This document shows positions 41,101-54,345 of a stretch of DNA of 64,000 nt, in pieces. The stretch is from Podarcis bocagei (lineage: Eukaryota): assembly GCA_964188305.1 (NCBI GenBank), contig OZ076885.1; one strand, written 5' to 3'. The translations under genes were made by a program, and so were the position numbers. The stretch's first letter is position 1. Each line of letters starts with the position of its first letter. Below the pieces are notes generated by a model that saw only the letters and a list, made by a program, of their open reading frames with translations, was not told where the DNA came from and searched no databases.

Positions 41101-42975
41101 ACAATATAGTATTGCGGTTGGAAAAGAAGGTGTAAATCTAGTTATATTGCTTGGAATGTATGGATCCATTGTCATGTATGGATTTATGGTGTGGTCAAAA
41201 CCTTATGATACATTTCTTTAAATGGAAAAGATTCACACACATGTTATTTTTAGACACATATAAGCAAACTTTTAAAAACATAGTGCTTGGGTTTTTTTTA
41301 AAAGAACAAAGTATTTCTTGCTTAAAGCATTAGGTTGAATGCTTGTATCTCTTAAAGATACTGAATCTTCACTGTGAATCACTTTGCATTTATTGGGTTC
41401 AACATCCATGGGGGAGATTTTCCCCACAGCAGATCAAACACATAATCTTTCTTTAAGTGGGCCCACACTCATGACTTTCCTGTTCCAGTCTTAAAGAAGC
41501 TGATGCTGATACATTATACAGAGAAGACAAAGCTACAAGGCTGCTTTTACAATTATAGTCCTTGCCCCTCAGTGTGTTGGGAGGGGGGGGGAACTGCTAG
41601 TTTGAAATAGACAGGTATTATACCCCCAGAGACTTTCAGAACCAAAAGCTTATAAGGACTCAAAAAAAGTGAAGAAATCCATTGGGAGAAAATCCACTAA
41701 AAATAGTGCTCATTTATATATTTAAGATCCATTTATTTCTATGGAAATTGATATGTGCCCATAATGAGCATTACACAAATACAAGAATGGGTCTGTAAAG
41801 CTAAATAAGTTAACATATAAGAACACAATGCAAGCCTTGGTCTAACTTGCTCAAGTTCTTTACTGAAACATTTTTGGCATGGAATTGAAGTGGGAGGGGT
41901 GTGTCCTCTCTCCACCAAGATTATAATTGCTTGTTGCCTAGGTTGTTGCTTAGGAAATCTGTTTTTAAAAGACCTTATATTAGGTCTTTTCCTATGTGAT
42001 CCAGCCATAAGCCATATTTATGTCATTAAACCACATACCCAATTGGATTTGGTTACAATGATAGTGTCACAAAGTTAATTCAGAATAAGGACATAAAGCA
42101 GTCCCCTCACTCTGAATGGTTGCTGAAGAAAAATAAGTGAAGATGTTTTCACTCTTGTTCTTGGTTCCACTCCACAGAAATTACTATGAAGGAACACAGG
42201 AGCAAAAATATGTTCAAACAAACCTCTTTTCATGTTTTTGGCTCAAGTCTAAAAAAAACCCCGTTTAGAATTCCATAGAATCTGCATTTGTGAGCATCAA
42301 AGTATCTGATGCCATATACTGCAGCTTGTTTTGTCTTTCCAGTATTGTTTTTTTTTACTCTGCCTCTTTTCCTTTGCCTGGCTTTAGTAGACACTTGTTG
42401 CTGCTGTGCCATGAAAAAAATAGTTACATTTGTCCTGTTAGTCAGAAATGCTTCTGAAACTTCTAGGTGAATAGGACTTTGTGCTTGACAACTTTGTGGA
42501 GCTTTTGGGAAAACAGCTTGCCACCAGGCAGGCAAAATCATTTTCAGATTTTATTGGACTTGCATACTTGTGATAGAAAATCAATGAAGGTACGGAGGGA
42601 TTGCCAAAGCAATTGACTTTCTAATAAGTGTACCAGTGCTGTTTTTAATTGCCTACAGGTAGGTGTTCCATCTTGCCACCTCAAGAAGTAGTTGTAAGGA
42701 GGACCAAAAAAAGGTGCCACCTAAGATAAGGATAAGGAATCAGCTGTTTTTAGAATGTTCTGGCCAAAAAGAAGAGGAAATGGATCCAAATGTGCTACAA
42801 TATAATTCCCAATGTAAAACTCTTCATTATTATTTTGTTTTGTGGGGAGAAAATCAGTTCGTTTTTTAAAAAAGAGGAGCTTTCTCTCTTTGGACTTTTA
42901 TTACAAAAGAATTAATGAAACACCTTGGCTTCCAGAAATAAAGGCCTGGGCATAAATGGTTTATTATTTCTTTAG

Positions 42976-43224
42976 GGTGAAACAGACATTTTCCCAAGGC
43001 CATGTAATGTCCTAGAATTGATGAAGAAGTGGAATAACGACATCAACACAGACAATAGAGAAGTAGACCTTCTGGAAGTTGAACTGAATGGCGCATCATC
43101 AACTTCACAACAAGAAATCCGTGAAGAACATGATAGACTTACTAGCAGCAATGGCAACTTAGAGGCCGGTATAGAGACAGAAACAGAGAGTGGGAGCAGC
43201 AAACCCTCCACGCCGACAAAACAA
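42976..43224 (+). CDS. STK33: STK33 coding exon 11 (GETDIFPRPCNVLELMKKWNND...SKPSTPTKQ)
   Basis: RPCNVLELMKKW matches human RPTNVLEMMKEW; ctttag| acceptor, CAA|gtaaaa donor, 249 nt. Confidence 0.92.
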
Positions 43225-43265
43225 GTAAAAGTTAACCTGGTATTTCTAAGATTAAATCAGTCTTA

Positions 43266-43602
43266 GGGGTGGGGCACCTCAGTCCTAGGAACCAAATGTG
43301 TCTCTCTAGGAATCTCTGTCTGGCCCTTAGGACTCTTGCTGGGCCACACCTGCTACTGGACCTGCTTTGCAGCCTGCTTGAGTGTTTTTGGTTGGCTGGA
43401 ATGTGTCTTCAAACTCTGATAAATGCTTCTTGCTTTCCCTGCTGGAATTAGAGAGGGTGTGTGAGTTGTGTATGGAAACTCACCTAATGTACACAGGTAA
43501 AATTCACATTTGCTCCTGTGCACACTTTTGCCTCTGGCCCTGCCTCTCATTGGTGTGTAGCCCTCAGAAGTTTGCACAGCGGGGCAGCCATCAGGCTGAA
43601 AT

Positions 43603-43647
<45 letters not shown>

Positions 43648-43652
43648 ACCCT
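43266..43652. mobile_element. Degenerate hAT-like MITE containing a (TAC)15 microsatellite (43603-43647)
   Basis: taggggtggggcacct start and cacccctg-like end with ggcc-rich subterminal motifs. The microsatellite is seen directly. Confidence 0.45.
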
Positions 43653-43816
43653 GTCCATCTGACTGGGTTGCCCACCCCTGAACTAGATAATAGCATAGAG
43701 CAGTGCTGGTAAAGGCAAGGTTTGTGTTAAGGAGAATCAAAGTTTATGAATCATAGTTACTTTTTACAGAACTTTTAGAGTTACTTTTTTACAGAACAAC
43801 ATGTATTCTTTTTCAG

Positions 43817-43900
43817 ACTCATAAGAAAAAAACACACAGCAACATTTTACCAAATGGGACATTGCGGAAGAAAAGTTCATATAACAAGTCAGCTTCCAAC
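43817..43900 (+). CDS. STK33: Probable STK33 coding exon 12 (THKKKTHSNILPNGTLRKKSSYNKSASN)
   Basis: ttctttttcag| acceptor, AAC|gtaagc donor, 84 nt, open and phase 0/0 between two phase-0 exons. No homology evidence from memory. Confidence 0.72.
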
Positions 43901-44569
43901 GTAAGCATATTTATAAAATTGGCCGCTCTCTCTTAACTGAAGGGTCATTTCAGCTATGTGTTGGCTGCCATGTAACTACTTTAGATGCTTCTGCAGTTGG
44001 TATGGTGCTTGCACCAGGCTGGGATCACATTTTAAATGTGTCTCTAAGTAGATGATCTACATGTCAATGCCCTGGGTCCCACGATAAGAAAAGGGAATTG
44101 GGGCCCTTGCATATAGAGCTCCCATTAGTGGATGCTGGTTCATACCTAGGTGTCTAGGAGCAAGCATAGTGGCAGTCTCACGCAGTCCTAGCATCTTAAC
44201 CAACAGCATACCAAGAGGCTAAATTAAACTTCTCTGAATCATTTAGAGGATTTGATTCTGACTAAGCAGATTCTCTTGTAATTTATAGAGGTTGGGTTAG
44301 TTAAGTAGCTTCCATATATCAACTTGTGTGATTTATAGTCTTTTTTTATTGGTAACTGCTTTCTCATTGTTCTTGGTGTGTAAACTTGGTGCAGAAGTTT
44401 TCATTACGCTAGCCTTCCAAACCTTCCCTGCTTCAGTCTTTGTGGTACCGTAGTTCTTGCCACTACAGAAATACTTTGCAAAGTAGATGGCCTTCATTTC
44501 AGTCCTATAGATGATGTCATCAGGAAGGGAAGTCTGCTAGCGTGGGCAAAGATGTGATAAAGCTATCAA

Positions 44570-45056
44570 AGTTTCCAACATTTAGGGCTTCTTAGTTCAG
44601 GGGGAAAAGGCAAGTATGTGGGGGACATGATAGAGGTGAATAGAATTATGCATTGTGTGGAGAAGGTGGGTAGGGAGTTTTTCTGCCTCTCTCATAAGAC
44701 TAAAACTCAAGACCACCCAGTGAAGCTGAACATTGGAAGATTCAGGACAGACAAAAGAAAGTACTTCTTCACACAGTGCACAGTTAAACTAAGGAATTCA
44801 TTCCCAGAAGAGGTAGTTGAAGCCATCAGTTTGGATGGCTTTAAAAGACTGGACAAGTTAATGAAGGATAGGGCTATTGGTGGCTACTACCCATGATGGT
44901 TGTATTCTGCTTCCAGTGTCAGTATGCTTCTGAATTCCAGTTGCTGAGGTTTAAAAAGATACGGAGAGTGCTGTCACATTCTGGTCCTGCTTGTGGGCTT
45001 TCCATAGACATTTGGTTAGTCAGTGTGAGAACAGGGAGTTGGAATAGATGGGCCCA
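44570..45056 (+). mobile_element. CR1 LINE 3' fragment
   Basis: GDMIEV...RFRTDKRKYFFTQ...SLDGFKRLDK is the CR1 ORF2 C-terminus, followed by 3' UTR. Confidence 0.9.
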
Positions 45057-45177
45057 ATAGAATTGTAGAGTTGGAAGGGACACAAGAGTCTTCTAGTCCA
45101 ACCCCCTGCAATGCAGGAATCTTTTGCCCACCGTGGGGCTCAAACTCACGACCCTGAGATTAAGAGTCTCAAACTGC
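45057..45177 (-). mobile_element. Short tRNA-Lys-derived SINE with CR1-like tail
   Basis: Minus strand gagactcttaatctcagggtcgtgagtttgagccccacgg (tRNA-Lys(CTT)-like) then ...cccttccaactctacaattctat. Tail relics also near 10860, 16260 and 17780-17850. Confidence 0.8.
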
Positions 45178-45668
45178 TTTGGTGATGCAATATTGCATAG
45201 TTCCTTCTGTCTGGGACTGGAGTGTGATGGAATGCAAAGTCAGGATCTGTTGCAGCTTGTTCTGTCATTCTATTACTGTTCCTTTACCTCTTTTCCCTTT
45301 CCTCTCTTTAGTAGACACTCATTGCTGCTGTGCTCTTCCTGGTACTTTTTGAGCATCTGAGAGCTTTTTGGCCTGTTGGTTTTTAGCTTACAGAATATGG
45401 TTCTGTTGAGTAGTTAGAAGAGGATTCTCCCCACTCCTAACACCATGTATTAATAAGAATGCTGTCAAATCTGATTTGCTTTATTGCAACTAACCTAGCT
45501 CCAGACAAAGTTGTCCTTTCCTAATGACATTGTATAACTGATCAGAAAGCAGAAATTTCTACTACAGTTTGAACAGGCATCATCACATGACTGTTTCTTC
45601 CTCCCATTAATAAATGTGATATCAAATGTATCCTGTGTTAATTTGTGTTTTGGGTGTTTGTTTTTAAG

Positions 45669-45851
45669 ATTCAGAGTAGTGGAAGTGGGTCGGTCTCTCC
45701 AGGATCAGTTGTGAAACGGATGCAGGATAGCCAAGAGAAGAAAAATGAAATGGAAAAGTCTTCCTTTTCTCCGAGTCATGGGTCTCCAAGCAAAAGTTCA
45801 CAAAAATCAACTACCCTTAGTGGCCTACTCAAAACGAAAAAGAAATCTTAG
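45669..45851 (+). CDS. STK33: STK33 terminal coding exon (IQSSGSGS...EMEKSSFSPSHGSPSK...LLKTKKKS*)
   Basis: EMEKSSFSPSHG and LKTKKKS* resemble human EMEKTPVTPSQG and SRTKKKL*; ttttaag| acceptor, with an in-frame alternative AG at 45674. Confidence 0.9.
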   Translation: MQSSGSGSVSPGSVVKRMQDSQEKKNEMEKSSFSPSHGSPSKSSQKSTTLSGLLKTKKKS

Positions 45852-46440
45852 GGGGTATCCATCAACTCAAAACAAAGTTCTTATGAAGTAACTAGTGCCG
45901 ATGCCAAAATGTGGCAGCTTTATAAAAAGGACCAATGTAGCCTGAACTCTTTTTGCCTTTTTTTGTCGTTCTGAGATCTATAATCATCAAGAGAGCTCTA
46001 GCTCCACAGTAGTGCTGATAAAAGTTCTGAAGCAGTGTGAATTCCTAACCTATGTGAGGGCATCCACTGGTCGTATTACTTTCAGAGCAAGAGCACAGAA
46101 TTGTGTAAAAATCGGTCTTTTATTTATTGTATTGTTCAGGCAAACGACTGGTTTCTTTCAATCTACTTTCTATGTTTTTCCTAAATTTGCTTTGTATTGT
46201 CACAAACATTTGTTGCGTGGGGGAATAAGGAGCCAAAATATGTAATGGCTCGGTGGTATGTATGTATGTAGATTGTGCTTATAACCCTGTAGGCATTATA
46301 ACTTGTGTACCAAGGTCAATGGATTTTGTTTCTGATATTTTTATGGCACTTTAGTTTGTTTAGAAAACATACTTTAAACATTTTTAGGTATTATGAAAAT
46401 TGCTGAGGTTCATATTGCTGCTAAAACTCTTGTGTGTTCA

Positions 46441-46446
46441 AATAAA
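46441..46446 (+). terminator. Likely STK33 polyadenylation signal (3' UTR about 45852-46470)
   Basis: First canonical AATAAA I see after the stop codon, followed by T-rich sequence. Confidence 0.6.
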
Positions 46447-49400
46447 ACAGATCTTAGAAAAATATTTTTCACATGCTAGTTAATCTTCATTTTTGAAAGG
46501 ATGGATTGTGCCGCAGAAGAATCATATTTTTGTAATATGATTCTTTTCTTTTAAAGATAAAGCTCTTTTTGCTTAAAGTTCTTCATTAGATTATTTTTGA
46601 ATGCTTACACTTGACACATTTTGCACTGTGAATTATTCAGGCTGTCAGGCTAAATATTTGTGTAGTGGTCTCATTCATATGCTTATATAACATTTGGTTC
46701 TTTTCAAACTTTTGTGGAAAATTGAGTGTAGGTCTTCCCATGATTGCAAGCAACCGTGGGTCCTCAGTTTATGCAGAAATACCAGGTACTTCAGTGAAGC
46801 CTGTGAATGAAGCAGATTTCATTCTTCTTCTGTCACCTTCCCAAGATGATTATGCCAAGGGCCCAGTTCCATGTAAGCTGCAGGTTCCCCAGAGGTTTCT
46901 AGTTCCTGGTACCTACAAGTGACTTAATGTGGGCATGCTGCCACTCAGACTTTTCAAGCCAATGATGGCATTTTATATGTCCACAATATCATTTTGGATT
47001 TAATTTGTATGACTTGATAAATAATTCGATATGTCCAGATAAATAGTTGGATACATCCAAACTTTCCCCAAATATGCATGGGTGATAAGGAGGTTGCCTC
47101 TTTCTACTTCAGATCTTGATGTCTTACCTTTACTTCATGGGAAGAATTTAATATTTTACTATTAATGTGTATTAGTAAAGTTACAAATGTTATAACCATT
47201 TACATTAAAGTACTTCTCTTAATTTAGCTGGTCTTAAAAATTACCCCCCCCCAAAAAAAAAAAATACATTCAGGCTATTTTCAGCAAAACCTTGTCCCAG
47301 ATACTGGATCTGACAGCCTCTCTGGTTTGATACGAAATGGTCAGAGTATCTTAAAAAGTCGAACTAGCTTTCTGAGTCTCCTGACAGAGGTGCAATAGGT
47401 CCCTTTTGTTCTAAAAGACCAGATCTAGTTGGCTATTAGCTCTTGGCACCAGTTATTTTCCTTTAGTCAGATAATTGCTTGTAGGCTATGCCAGGACATG
47501 CTCTATTAGAGCTGCAAAGGCATCATTAGCCAGCCTCAGGTCAATCCTACCTGATCGCAGGACTGGGTTGGTTGCAAACTGACTATGTAGCGTTAAGGCC
47601 GATTCTATTTTGTGTTCAAATAAGTCCTTGACTATTGTAAATGGAATTTTAATGACTGGGGCTGACATATACTGTGCCCTTTGCTCTTTTGTACCCTGGA
47701 CCCAGGGACATATAGAATTTTAAATAAAAGAAAATATGTCAGTCACGTTACCTCACAACTGGGAGGACTTGTTTACGTACTTATTTAAATACTTAACTTT
47801 TGCTTTGTTATGATGAAACTTTGGGTAGCCTCTTCAGTGCACTGCTTTTATAGTGGCTAGTATCTTGGTTTTGAAGTTGGAAAATCCAGGGCCAAATCGC
47901 CATTTACCTTGAAGCTTAATGGCGCATCCTTGGGAATGTCACTGTCTCTTAGTGCTGCTGTGAAATTATGGGAGGAAGGTTGGGGTAGAGATGCAAAAGT
48001 TAACACCACACCACCATATACTCAAGAAGCTTTGCCCCCTTAAAAGTATCTAAACCTTAGAGCGCTTTATATTAAAATGACAGCTTGCCTATGCTAATGC
48101 TTGTATAGTTTGTAGTCAGTTGCACCACTGGGAAAACTGGAGGAAAGTACCCAATCTGACAAGGCCTTAATCAACAGCAGTCTGATCCTTTAAAAATGCA
48201 ATACTAGTTCATTTGTTCAGCCTATCTACATGAAAATTTGATAGATACAATCACCTTGAAGAATGTTTCAAATATTCATGCTATCTAGAGATACAACAGA
48301 GAACCTTTCTACTTATGTTTTAAAAAGGGGGCCTGTGAGCCATGCAAGCAGCTTTCACAAGTATTAGCTTTGTTACACTGTAGAATTTTACTAATGATGT
48401 ATTGAACCTAGTTAGTGAAACAGCTGTGGCTGGCTTTTACAAATGTATTTATTTTGTAGAATGCATACTTTCTGCCCACGCTCAGTGCTACACAAGAAAG
48501 AAATGAGATACATGAAAATGCCAAGCTAAAACGACTGTTGATGATCCCCCCCTCCCCCCAGAAATTCCTCAGAGTCAGGAGAAAATTATGTCTCAGGACT
48601 GAATTTGGTACATTCTGCACTGCTTCCTCGCATTGTATCATATCACATCAGTAGGTAAAACTGTACTTTATTAATATATGGTTTAGATTCCGTGCTGGGT
48701 GCACAATATCATTTATGAGTAGCAGCAAGATATATGTGGAAATGTTCACATTATTCTTGCTCCACCAGGGTACAGTAGTAGTGTTGTTTCAACGTCATTT
48801 CTAAGAAGATTTAAGAATTACTCCATAATTTTGTTTTGCTTTGACTCTATCTGCATATCATATTTGTACTAGTGAAAACATAATTTGGAAGGGATGCAGA
48901 GTAGTTGTGTATATTGTGTGACTTGATATACAAGAGCTGCAGGGTTACATTCTACTCCTGTATTACATGCTACCATCCTAGGGACAGGCGCTATCCAATG
49001 TTTTCTTTAAGTTACAGCAGCTGTCGTTCAATTTAGATGGAGGAAATTTCATGCAGTGCTTGTTTTCTTGCTCTGTGCAAGTTCCTCTGTGAAGGAACAG
49101 ATTCCTTCATACCCTGTCACTTAAATTGTATCCTTGGGATTTGGATAAGTAGTTACAGCTGCTTTTAACAAACAAATGGTATCAATTTGATCTGATTTAC
49201 TTAGAACAATAGGGATATTCCAGGATTCAGAAGTGGGAAATAGCATTCTGAGTGTGGGCATTGCAGAAAAAAGACCAGAAAAAAATTGTCATGGATGAGG
49301 CTGTGGGGCGTGGGATGGTTGGGGATGATGAGAGTTTTACTACAGCAACATCTGGAGGGCCAAAAATTAACCAGTCCTGGTCTAGGATCTATATTTCTGG

Positions 49401-50069
49401 GAAAACGATATGTCTCCACTTTTTTTCCTTTCATCTTCAGAGAAGGCATTCTTTCTACATTGTACTTACATTACCTCCTATAGTAACAGGGAAATGAAGG
49501 GGAGATTCGCATTATAAGAGAGGAGGGGATTTTTGTTTTCCCCAAAGGTTCTTGAAAAGGGGTATCGCTGTGGAGAAGGGAAGAACATTATTTTAAAGGC
49601 TGCATAAGCTTGCATATGATACAGAAGAAAATTCATTTCACAGAAGAAGAAAAAGAAAGCATTACCAAAACTGGATGGGCATCTGAGTAGAGGGGGATTG
49701 TGTCTTTTGGACATCATGAACCTGCTCACACCATTATATATGTACATTGCAGGAGTATCGGTTTCGATAACTGCCTTGAATTTGGGAGGAAGTGAAGTGA
49801 ATTAATGTTTTGTGGCAGGCATCAGGAGTTCCTCAGTAGGCAAATGAGGTAGAAAACATTAAAGCTGTCTTACAACAAAAGAGCTACAAGTCAATATTGG
49901 TTTTCCTGAAAAAGAAGTAATCTATTCTAGCTTTTATTGGTGAACTCTCACCCTTTGCTCTCACCAATATAACTGTTTATAGGGCTATCATTCTCTTACT
50001 TAACCCATTATTTTACTAACACAGGGATAACCATATCCTCCTCTATGTCTCAAGTTGTTTCTGTTTCTA

Positions 50070-50700
50070 GGGCTGCTTGTGGCCAGGTTAGGTTGGTTCA
50101 CTAGCTATGTCTGGACCAGGATAGCCCGTCCTCTGCTCTGGTGACCTACTACCTGGGCTACTGTAATGTGCTCTATGTGAGGCCTTCCTTGAAGATGGGT
50201 TGGAGGCTGCAGCTAGTGCAGAATGTGGTTGCACTGGCCGCTAACTACTGTGTCAGTACTTGTGTACAAAGCCCTAATTGGCTTGGGGCCCAAATACCTA
50301 AAAGAGTGTCTTCCTCAATATCATCTGGGAGATTATGTTGGTGGTGCCATTGCTGGATGCTCCCTGGTTGGCACTGACCCACGGCAGGGCTTTCTCGATG
50401 ACCCTTCCTTGTTTGTGGAATGGCCACCCTGGCCTGATGCATCTGTGTCCCTCATTATTAACTTTCAGGACAACATTGATGACAAATAATGCTTCCTTGC
50501 AACTTTAAAATTATCAACTCCAAAAGCATGTAACTCCTTTGCATATTTTTAGATGTGTTTATTTTTATTTTTTTTAAGGTTTGAAACATTTACTTTTTTT
50601 TTAGTTGTTTGTATTTATCATTTGATCTATGACTTTGGTGTTTGCTAGCCTGGGCTCCTTTGAGAAGCAAAGCGTGACAGAAATTTAATAAATAAATTTT
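50070..50700 (+). mobile_element. Old, deleted L2 LINE fragment
   Basis: YCNVLY...RLQLVQN and VLVYKALIGLGPKYLKECL motifs, AATAAATAAAT tail. Confidence 0.75.
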
Positions 50701-53620
50701 ATAGGTCAATTTGTTTTAACTGAAACTGATTTGTATGATACCATGGATTTGCCTAGCTTGTTAAAATTATAACATCTAAATATTCTGTGTGCCCATATAA
50801 GTTTAAAATCTACTGCTCAGTTATTTCCACAGTAGTTTCCTTACTGGCGCCATCAAATTCAGGACATTCAATGATAATTTAAATATACATTTTTTTTCCA
50901 GTTTGAAGTGCTGGTCCACAGCTAAATCTAATGATTTATATGTTCATGTTTGATGGATGGAATAGTATCCACCCTTATTTTTACTGGAAGTTTCTGCAAA
51001 GGTCTAAGGGATTGTTTATATCAACATAGGTTTGGCTATGTTGGCACCAGATATATTTCACAATTGTCCATGTCTGAGTGCCCTTGCCTTTCTGCTCTGT
51101 ATGTCCATTGAATAAAAAATAAAGTCAGTCAGGAGAAGTTCAAGGCTGCATTTGTTTCTCATCTCCTTCTGTCTCATCTATCTGCATTAAACACTTTTAG
51201 ACTACTGTATATAAAATGGAAGTTGAGAGTTAGCCATAGTCTCTGACTACAATTCTTTAAAGCTAATCCTTGGAACCTGGACACCATGGTCAGAAGTTTC
51301 TTGGAAAGAGCAAATAACTCAAGAGCAAACCAGCAGGTAATGAAGCAAGATGTGTCTTAGGGGATGTCATCTGTTTGCTGGTAAAGAAGGATAGTCCTAT
51401 GTAGCAAGAACAGCACTCAATATCTGCCTTACCTCTTGTTGCCAATATCTGCCTTACCTCCTGACCAAAAAGCACTTCTATTTTAAGAAAAAGCTTTCAT
51501 GCATGTTATGTGTAGATTGCATCCCCTGACAATTGCACATGCATGTTTTGCCACCTCCATATATAATATATATGCAGCAGCCGTTTGTAAGGCAGTTTAC
51601 TACAAGGTAATACATTTCTGCTGCAGGACACTGATGGCGACAGGAAGAGGAAGGCCTTGCAAGGTGGTAATGGAGGCATGGGATTGTTACATCAAATCCA
51701 TGCACTGATGGGCCCATACTGCGCACTGCCAGTCACTCAGCAGCTGCAGGCTTGTGCCTGCATGGTGCTGAACAAAACCGTTCCCAGGTCTCCAGTGCTG
51801 CCTTATGACATCCTCTGCTAAGAGCATCAGGTAACTTATCCTTCTATATTACTGCTAAGCATGGAATTGCCTTCCGTCAAACTGCCTCAACAAGCTACCA
51901 CTGTGTATACTGTATGTGCTGGGAAGCTGAGACCAGTTGTAGCTTCCTGGCTTGTATGCATTCAGCAAACCACCCATGTGTTCTCATTCCATGGAGTTCC
52001 ATTCTTTTCCTTTTATTTTTCCTCCCATTGTAGTGTTTTCCATTTAGGAAAACAGAAATAGCCACGGTTATGGAAATGTTTCTAGCCAGCGAAGAGCTGT
52101 TTTCGACAAATAGAGCTAACTGTCACATGCTCAAAATGTCAAAGTGCTTCTTGACCACTGCCTCTGACCCCAAGAAATAAGGATCCTCATTCCTTTTGTA
52201 AGGATTGGCTCCCAACATCTCCACTGCTAATAGGAATTTATTTATTACTTAGTGAGATAAAACAATTAATACCCCTTATCAATGGTTTGTACTTAGGCTG
52301 TTGTGTCCAAGGGTCTCTGAGCCAAATTATAAGTCATTTTGGCATGGCAATGTTGAGTCCAGTTGCTACCTGTCCAGAAAATGTTGAATTGTCACTGGGA
52401 TTTCGACTTTGAGCTGTACTGGACTCCTAGCACAGAAGTTCCTTGAAAACATTTGACATGAAGTTTTCCCTATCTGTAGCAATAACTTTGTATCTGCTGT
52501 GTGGCATGGTCTGTGCACTGAACGAATACAACTCAGATACAAAAACTGGACAGAACACCTTATTAAAGGTCATGTTTATTAAATTCCCATTTACTCTTTT
52601 TTCTGTCTAAAATATACATTGACCTTCATGATGGTTTCTTTCTTTCAGGATCTGTGATATAAATATGCTCTTTGGAAAATACATTTCTACTAGTTCCCCC
52701 CTTCCCTGTTGAAATTCCATTAAAAAGTACCACATGCCGTGCAAAATGTATTTGAATAAATATCCCAGACTCCTATATAATAGAACAGAAGCTTAATGAA
52801 AATGTTTGCTGGAAAAGCATTTATCTTGCATGTTGATGCTATGAAATAGCACAGCTTATCTGTATTGTTTGTAATCTGCTAAAGGACTAGAAAAGCAGTG
52901 TGCAAAACCTCAAGGCCTCCTAAGCTTGGAGTCCATTGATAACTTTTTTTTAAAAGCTGCTTTTCTTTTATATATCTTGTTTGCTAATTAATCATAATAA
53001 AGAGATATGAGCAAATTAGTCCCAAACTAAATTATAGTCCTATCCCTCTAATGTAGTGAATGCATCAGGGATGTAGTTGAAGGTTCTCAGCACTGGAACT
53101 ATTTTGAAGAAAAAAGAAGAAGGAGCACATAGCTCTTCACAATCAAAGAAAAAGAAGAGATGTGCAGGTGAGGGATGGAAAGCAAACCCTGTAGCACAAG
53201 GTTGCTTCTCTTTGATATGATCGATGGGGGGAAAATGGGCTTCTGTATGACTAGAGTAAAGAAAGGTCAGGATGAGCCTTTTTCAAAGCGACAAAAATAC
53301 TTTAATCTTTTCCTTCCTTACCTTTTTAGTGAATGTTAGTACATTTTAAAGGTGCCTAATTGATGTCTCTGGTACACCAGAAGTCCTTTGTTTGTTATTG
53401 TAACCTCCAGATTTGGCTGCTGCAGTGGGCTGTGCATTGGGCTAACTTGAAGCCAGTGCCAGAACACCTTTGCTCAGGGTTTGCCATTGGCTTCCAGGTA
53501 GAGGTAGAGATATTTCTAGGAGCAGCTCAAGGTGCTGACTATGACAAGTATCCTAGTTTCTTTAGCTTGCTTTGTGCCTTAATAGGAGTTAAATTTGGCT
53601 GAGGTGATAATAGCCCCAAT

Positions 53621-53979
53621 CTTCTTCTTCTTCTTTGGCGATCACTTGCAGCCGAGTAAGATTGTCTTCCATAAACACAGTTTTAACAATGAGTCCATAA
53701 GTGACTGTGGAGGCCAATTCTGGACCCACACGTCCTGCCACAGTGGGGACATTGGTTCCCGGGTGGGAGTTGATCACGGTGTGGATTTGTGAAGTGTGCC
53801 TTCCTTTTAGCACGTTTCTCCCTTGCATTCTGAGTTCGAGTGTCTTCATGACACCTTTGGTAAAGGCTGTTTCCAACAGGAGTGCTCGCAGGCCAGTGTT
53901 TCCCAGTTGTCGGTGTTTATACTACATTTTTAAAGATTTGCCTTGAGACAGTCTTTAAACCTCTTTTGTTGACCACCAG
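53621..53979 (-). mobile_element. 5'-truncated RTE-clade LINE with (GAA)n tail and 10-bp TSD
   Basis: Minus strand GGQQKRFKDCLKANL...NWETLA...CPHCGRTCGSRIGLHSH (C2H2), with frameshifts; TSD tagccccaat at 53611-53620 and 53980-53989. Confidence 0.9.
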
Positions 53980-54284
53980 TAGCCCCAATATTATATATCC
54001 TTCATATATAATGCATTGAAAGCTGACCTGAATGGAATATTGCAGATCAAGGTATTGATTTTGGAAAGGTAGGGGCACATCTTTATAGCTTATTTCTATG
54101 GTTGTTTGTATTCTTTGGTTTGCATTTCAATTATCATTTGATACACATTTCTCAAGGTGTGCTGAGCATGCCTAGTATAAATCAAGATGGCAGCAGTCCA
54201 GGAATTGGCACCATTTTAACAGTTCAGAAGAGGGTGATTCAGGGACATAAGATTTAATTTGACAATCTAATCATATGAATCCAG

Positions 54285-54345
54285 TTACAGATAGGTAGCC
54301 GTGTTGGTCTGCCATAGTCAAAATAATAAAAAATAAAAATAAAAA
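54285..54345. mobile_element. Short Penelope-like terminal fragment
   Basis: ttacagataggtagccgtgttggtctgccatagtc matches the recalled reptile Penelope terminal motif. Confidence 0.55.

Noticed and set aside
45120-45177. tRNA-Lys gene
   Set aside because: The 5' acceptor stem and D arm are missing and it is fused to a CR1-type tail, so it is a SINE head.
46338-46344. CPE-like TTTTTAT about 100 nt before AATAAA
   Set aside because: Plausible for a germline mRNA but expected by chance in this AT-rich UTR.
51417-51462. Short tandem duplication caatatctgccttacctc
   Set aside because: Ordinary local slippage duplication with no further structure.
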